A stretch of 64,000 bases of DNA from an uncultured Clostridia bacterium (GTDB lineage Bacteria; Bacillota; Clostridia; TANB77; CAG-508), in the NCBI GenBank assembly GCA_934120045.1, contig CAKOTF010000003.1:1210-65209 (forward strand), given 5' to 3'. This document shows, piece by piece, positions 61,013 to 64,000 of the stretch. The translations under genes and the position numbers were made by a program. The stretch's first letter is position 1, and each line of letters starts with the position of its first letter. The notes beneath the pieces were generated by a model. It saw only the letters and a program-made list of their open reading frames with translations. It searched no databases and was not told where the DNA came from.

Positions 61013-62734
61013 TTAATGAGCCTCATTATAATATGTAACTGAAATTGTTTTATTATTTGTAAAAATTACCATACCAGGTTTTGCACCATTAGGTTTTTTT
61101 ACATATTGAACCTTGCAATAATCAACAGGAACATTAGATGAGAATTTTGCTTTGCTATGTTCAACAGCAAGTTTAGCACATTTTACTAATGTATCATCAG
61201 AAACATTTTGACCAGAATTTTTTAGTATAACATGACTTCCTTGAATATCTTTTGTATGAAGCCAAATATCATTTTTGTTGGCAAATGTGAATGTAAGCCA
61301 ATCATTTTCTTTATTATTTTTTCCGACATATACATCAAAATTATCTATATTAAAATGTAAAGGGGAATATTGCTTATCTAATTTTTTCTTTTTTGAAATT
61401 TTAGTATTTTGTTTCTTTGAATTTTGTTTCTTTTTTATAATTAAGTTTTCAGATATCTCATCCAAAATTTCTTGAATTTCAGTAACAGAAGAGGCTGATT
61501 CAATTTCATAAATAATACTTTCAATATAATTTAATTCTGTTTCTGTTTCTGATTTTTGAATTGAAACAATTTGAAGTGCATTTTTTAATTTGTTATATTT
61601 TTTGAAATAATGTTTTGCATTTATATTTGGAGAATATTTTCTATCTAATGGAATTTTGATTAGATTATTATTATCATAATAATTCTCAAGTTCAATACAA
61701 TCTGTGTGAGTATTTGTTAATTTATATAAATTTGAAGTTATTAATTCTCCATAAAGTCTATATTTATCTCTTTCTTCACAATCTTTTAATTTGGTATTAA
61801 TACTATTTAAACGATTTAATAATTTTTTTTGTAAATCAATTACTAATTTTAAAGCATTATTTTTATAATTATTAAAATTTTCAATCTCTTCTCTATTAAA
61901 ATAGAAATTATCAATAAATCTGTTTAATATAAGTTCATTTGTTTGACTATCTCCAAGTGTTAAGGCAAAATCTGAAAGTTTATTATTTTTATATATTTCA
62001 GTAAATTGTAACTTATTTGTAAATGTTAAGATATTATTTAGATATTTTTCTAATTTTATTATATTTTCTTTATTAATAGTGTTAATATTACACTTTTCAA
62101 GAGAAGATTTTACAAATGATAAACTAAATCCGGTAAATGTATTAGCAAATCGTTTTGAAAATTCTTCAACCGATAGATTTAAATTATCTTGAAAGATATT
62201 GTATATATTAGATATTTTTGTGTAATCTAATTTTTCAGAAGTAGGGAAACTATATGTTCTAGATGGAAGAATATCTCTATAGATAGTATCTGTTGCGTAA
62301 ATATGTCTTGAAGCATCAAGTATAATATTTTTACTATTTACCAAGATAATATTGCTATGTTTTCCCATAAGTTCAATTATTAAACTTTTTATTTCGATTT
62401 CATTAAAATCATTAATTGTTTCAATATCAATTTTTACTAATCTTTCTAATCCATACATTTCGATATTTGAAATTTTTCCACTAATTAGATGTTTTCTTAG
62501 TAACATACAAAAATTTGGAGCGACAAATGGATTAGGTTTTGAGTTTGTTGTTAAATTTATTCTGTAATTGTGTGCATCAATACATATGTTTAAGGCATAA
62601 TGCACTGAATTGGAGTAAATTCCTAATACAATAGTGTTTTTATCAGGTTGGTGTATTTTATCGATTTTTCCACCAATTAAAATATTTTTAAATTCATTTG
62701 TAATTGCTTTTGTAACAATTCCATCAAATGCCAT
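61013..62734 (-). CDS. rqcH: RqcH / NFACT-family (FbpA-like) ribosome quality control protein
   Basis: MAFDGIVTKAITNEFKNILIGGKIDKIHQP N-terminus, and a C-terminal DUF814-like region including GSHVILK. 573 aa. Confidence 0.85.
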   Translation of the reverse strand: MAFDGIVTKAITNEFKNILIGGKIDKIHQPDKNTIVLGIYSNSVHYALNICIDAHNYRINLTTNSKPNPFVAPNFCMLLRKHLISGKISNIEMYGLERLVKIDIETINDFNEIEIKSLIIELMGKHSNIILVNSKNIILDASRHIYATDTIYRDILPSRTYSFPTSEKLDYTKISNIYNIFQDNLNLSVEEFSKRFANTFTGFSLSFVKSSLEKCNINTINKENIIKLEKYLNNILTFTNKLQFTEIYKNNKLSDFALTLGDSQTNELILNRFIDNFYFNREEIENFNNYKNNALKLVIDLQKKLLNRLNSINTKLKDCEERDKYRLYGELITSNLYKLTNTHTDCIELENYYDNNNLIKIPLDRKYSPNINAKHYFKKYNKLKNALQIVSIQKSETETELNYIESIIYEIESASSVTEIQEILDEISENLIIKKKQNSKKQNTKISKKKKLDKQYSPLHFNIDNFDVYVGKNNKENDWLTFTFANKNDIWLHTKDIQGSHVILKNSGQNVSDDTLVKCAKLAVEHSKAKFSSNVPVDYCKVQYVKKPNGAKPGMVIFTNNKTISVTYYNEAH

Positions 62735-62810
62735 TATAAATCAGTCCTTATTTATAAATTTAGATTTTATGGATATCTATAACCATTAATGATAATACCA
62801 TAAAAATAGG

Positions 62811-63449
62811 CTATTGTAAATAATCTAATGGATTTACATAGTTGTTTTCAACTCTAAAACCTATATGAAGATGACAACCTGTTGTGGCTCCATTTGTCGG
62901 TTTTCCAGTATTTGGATCACTATAAGTATTTCCAGCTACTCCATAAACATATTTGGGTCCAACATTTCCAATAATTTGACCTTGCTTAATTATTTGGTCA
63001 ACAAAAACAATGTAGAGAGGTGAGACATGACAATAAGAAATTTTTATACCATCATAATTAGTAAGCGTTATTGTATATCCACCACCTCCAAGAAATCCAG
63101 TAAAAGTAATGATTCCATCACAGGTAGCAATTAAATTTGTTCCTTCTGGTGCAGGTATGTCAATACCTTTGTGAAATGTAGATGCTCCTGTTGTTGGAGC
63201 AACTCTTTTTCCAAATTTTGAGGAAAGAGTGGTATAGCCTGGAATTGGCCAAGAATAATTAGAATTTCCTAAAAATATTAAATCTTTTTCAGGAGAGATT
63301 CGTTCAAAATTTGATGAAGAAAATATTGGAACGAAAAATGTGCATATGATAAGTGTAAATATAATTATTGAATAAAAAGTTTTTGACAAATAATCAGTCC
63401 TCCTTTCAGGATAAAAAAAATAGAGAATAGCTAATACTATTCTCTTCAA
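62811..63449 (-). CDS. M23 family metallopeptidase, membrane-anchored
   Basis: FHKGIDIPAPEGT and GCHLHIGFR motifs. Confidence 0.8.
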   Translation of the reverse strand: MKRIVLAILYFFYPERRTDYLSKTFYSIIIFTLIICTFFVPIFSSSNFERISPEKDLIFLGNSNYSWPIPGYTTLSSKFGKRVAPTTGASTFHKGIDIPAPEGTNLIATCDGIITFTGFLGGGGYTITLTNYDGIKISYCHVSPLYIVFVDQIIKQGQIIGNVGPKYVYGVAGNTYSDPNTGKPTNGATTGCHLHIGFRVENNYVNPLDYLQ

Positions 63450-63451
63450 TA

Positions 63452-63526
63452 TGGCAGGGGTACTAGGATTCGAACCCAGACAAGCGGTTTTGGAGACCGA
63501 TGTGCTACCATTGACACTATGCCCCT
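63452..63526 (-). tRNA. tRNA-Trp (anticodon CCA)
   Basis: The reverse complement reads AGGGGCATAGTGTCAATGGTAGCACATCGGTCTCCAAAACCGCTTGTCTGGGTTCGAATCCTAGTACCCCTGCCA. This is very close to Bacillus tRNA-Trp, with a C6:A67 mismatch in the acceptor stem. Confidence 0.85.
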
Positions 63527-63592
63527 AAATCAATTACTTACTTATAGTAACACAGATTAAAAAAAATTACAATAGATTTCTTTAAAAAAAAT

Positions 63593-63628
63593 AAAAAAGA
63601 AAGTCTATTTAATAAACTTTCTTTTTTA
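63593..63628. terminator. hairpin terminator (aaagaaagt-ctatttaataa-actttcttt) between the tRNA-Trp region and the convergent surface-protein gene
   Basis: A 9-bp perfect stem with flanking A and T tracts. Confidence 0.45.
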
Positions 63629-63633
63629 TAAGA

Positions 63634-64000
63634 TTAAAAATCAAATTTTTTAGACTTTAATCCCAATATAACAGTTATTATAGCTATGATAGATATAAAT
63701 CCAATTATTATAGGAGCACCTGTTTTTGGCAATTCTTCAGGAGCTTTTGTTTCATCATTTGTTGGTCGAGTTAATTGTTGAATTGCAGTAAGTTTTATTT
63801 TTGGTGTTACATCAGATTTTGTAGTTTTTGCAGTATTATCAAAATCTTTATAATTAATTTCAACTTTTTGATTTGTATTTAATATTTGATCTATTATTTT
63901 TTCGTCAAATTTATCTTTTAAAGTTAAAGTATATTGAACTTTTAAAGTTTCTTCAGCCTTTAATTCTGGAATTGTCCAAGTTATACTATTTGTTTCTTTA
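63634..64000 (-). CDS. C-terminal part of an LPXTG (LPKTG) cell-wall-anchored surface protein; the gene continues beyond the window end
   Basis: The minus-strand translation ends ...TKAPEELPKTGAPIIIGFISIIAIITVILGLKSKKFDF*, which is a sortase signal, a TM helix and a basic tail. Confidence 0.6.
   Translation of the reverse strand, partial: KETNSITWTIPELKAEETLKVQYTLTLKDKFDEKIIDQILNTNQKVEINYKDFDNTAKTTKSDVTPKIKLTAIQQLTRPTNDETKAPEELPKTGAPIIIGFISIIAIITVILGLKSKKFDF

Overview
This window reads as a very AT-rich (roughly 28-30% GC by eye) chromosomal segment from a low-GC, spore-forming Firmicute, probably Clostridia-like. That assignment rests on spoVG, ytfJ/gerW, disA and radA, the CIRCE/HrcA-type control of groESL, a Bacillus/Clostridium-type LexA box and the codon usage. 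Most of the window is housekeeping: pyrG (3' part), dCMP deaminase, groES-groEL, pflB, recX-like, scpA, murC, spoVG, radA, disA, a cyclophilin, typA, plsC, trmB, ftsE/ftsX with two EnvC-like M23 peptidases and ctpA, pgsA, greA, lexA, hpf and rqcH. The tRNA genes are Tyr (+ strand) and Trp (- strand). An accessory block runs from about 27.5 to 48.7 kb. The strongest finding there is a complete diversity-generating retroelement (DGR, about 28.9-33.1 kb). Its target protein carries an FGE-sulfatase/C-type-lectin-fold C-terminus whose 3' variable region (VR) matches a downstream template repeat (TR) with every substitution at a TR adenine. Downstream sit a small MutS-domain-I-like ORF, an Avd homologue and a reverse transcriptase with the DGR-diagnostic IGNYTSQ motif. 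Next to it is a sortase-dependent pilus operon: a 2563-aa tip adhesin with SBBP beta-propeller repeats and Cna-B/SpaA-like domains, an LPVTG pilin and two class C sortases. Beyond that are a prepilin-like LRR protein and a second sortase/substrate pair (MPKTG). Other oddities are a large protein that fuses a sigma-70 region-4-like HTH to two RNA-polymerase alpha-CTD-like domains, a GC-rich 47-codon ORF or sRNA between groEL and pflB, and a roughly 65-bp terminator-like hairpin repeat present twice. I found no CRISPR arrays, rRNA or obvious IS elements. Every family assignment comes from motif recognition by eye and was not confirmed by any search.
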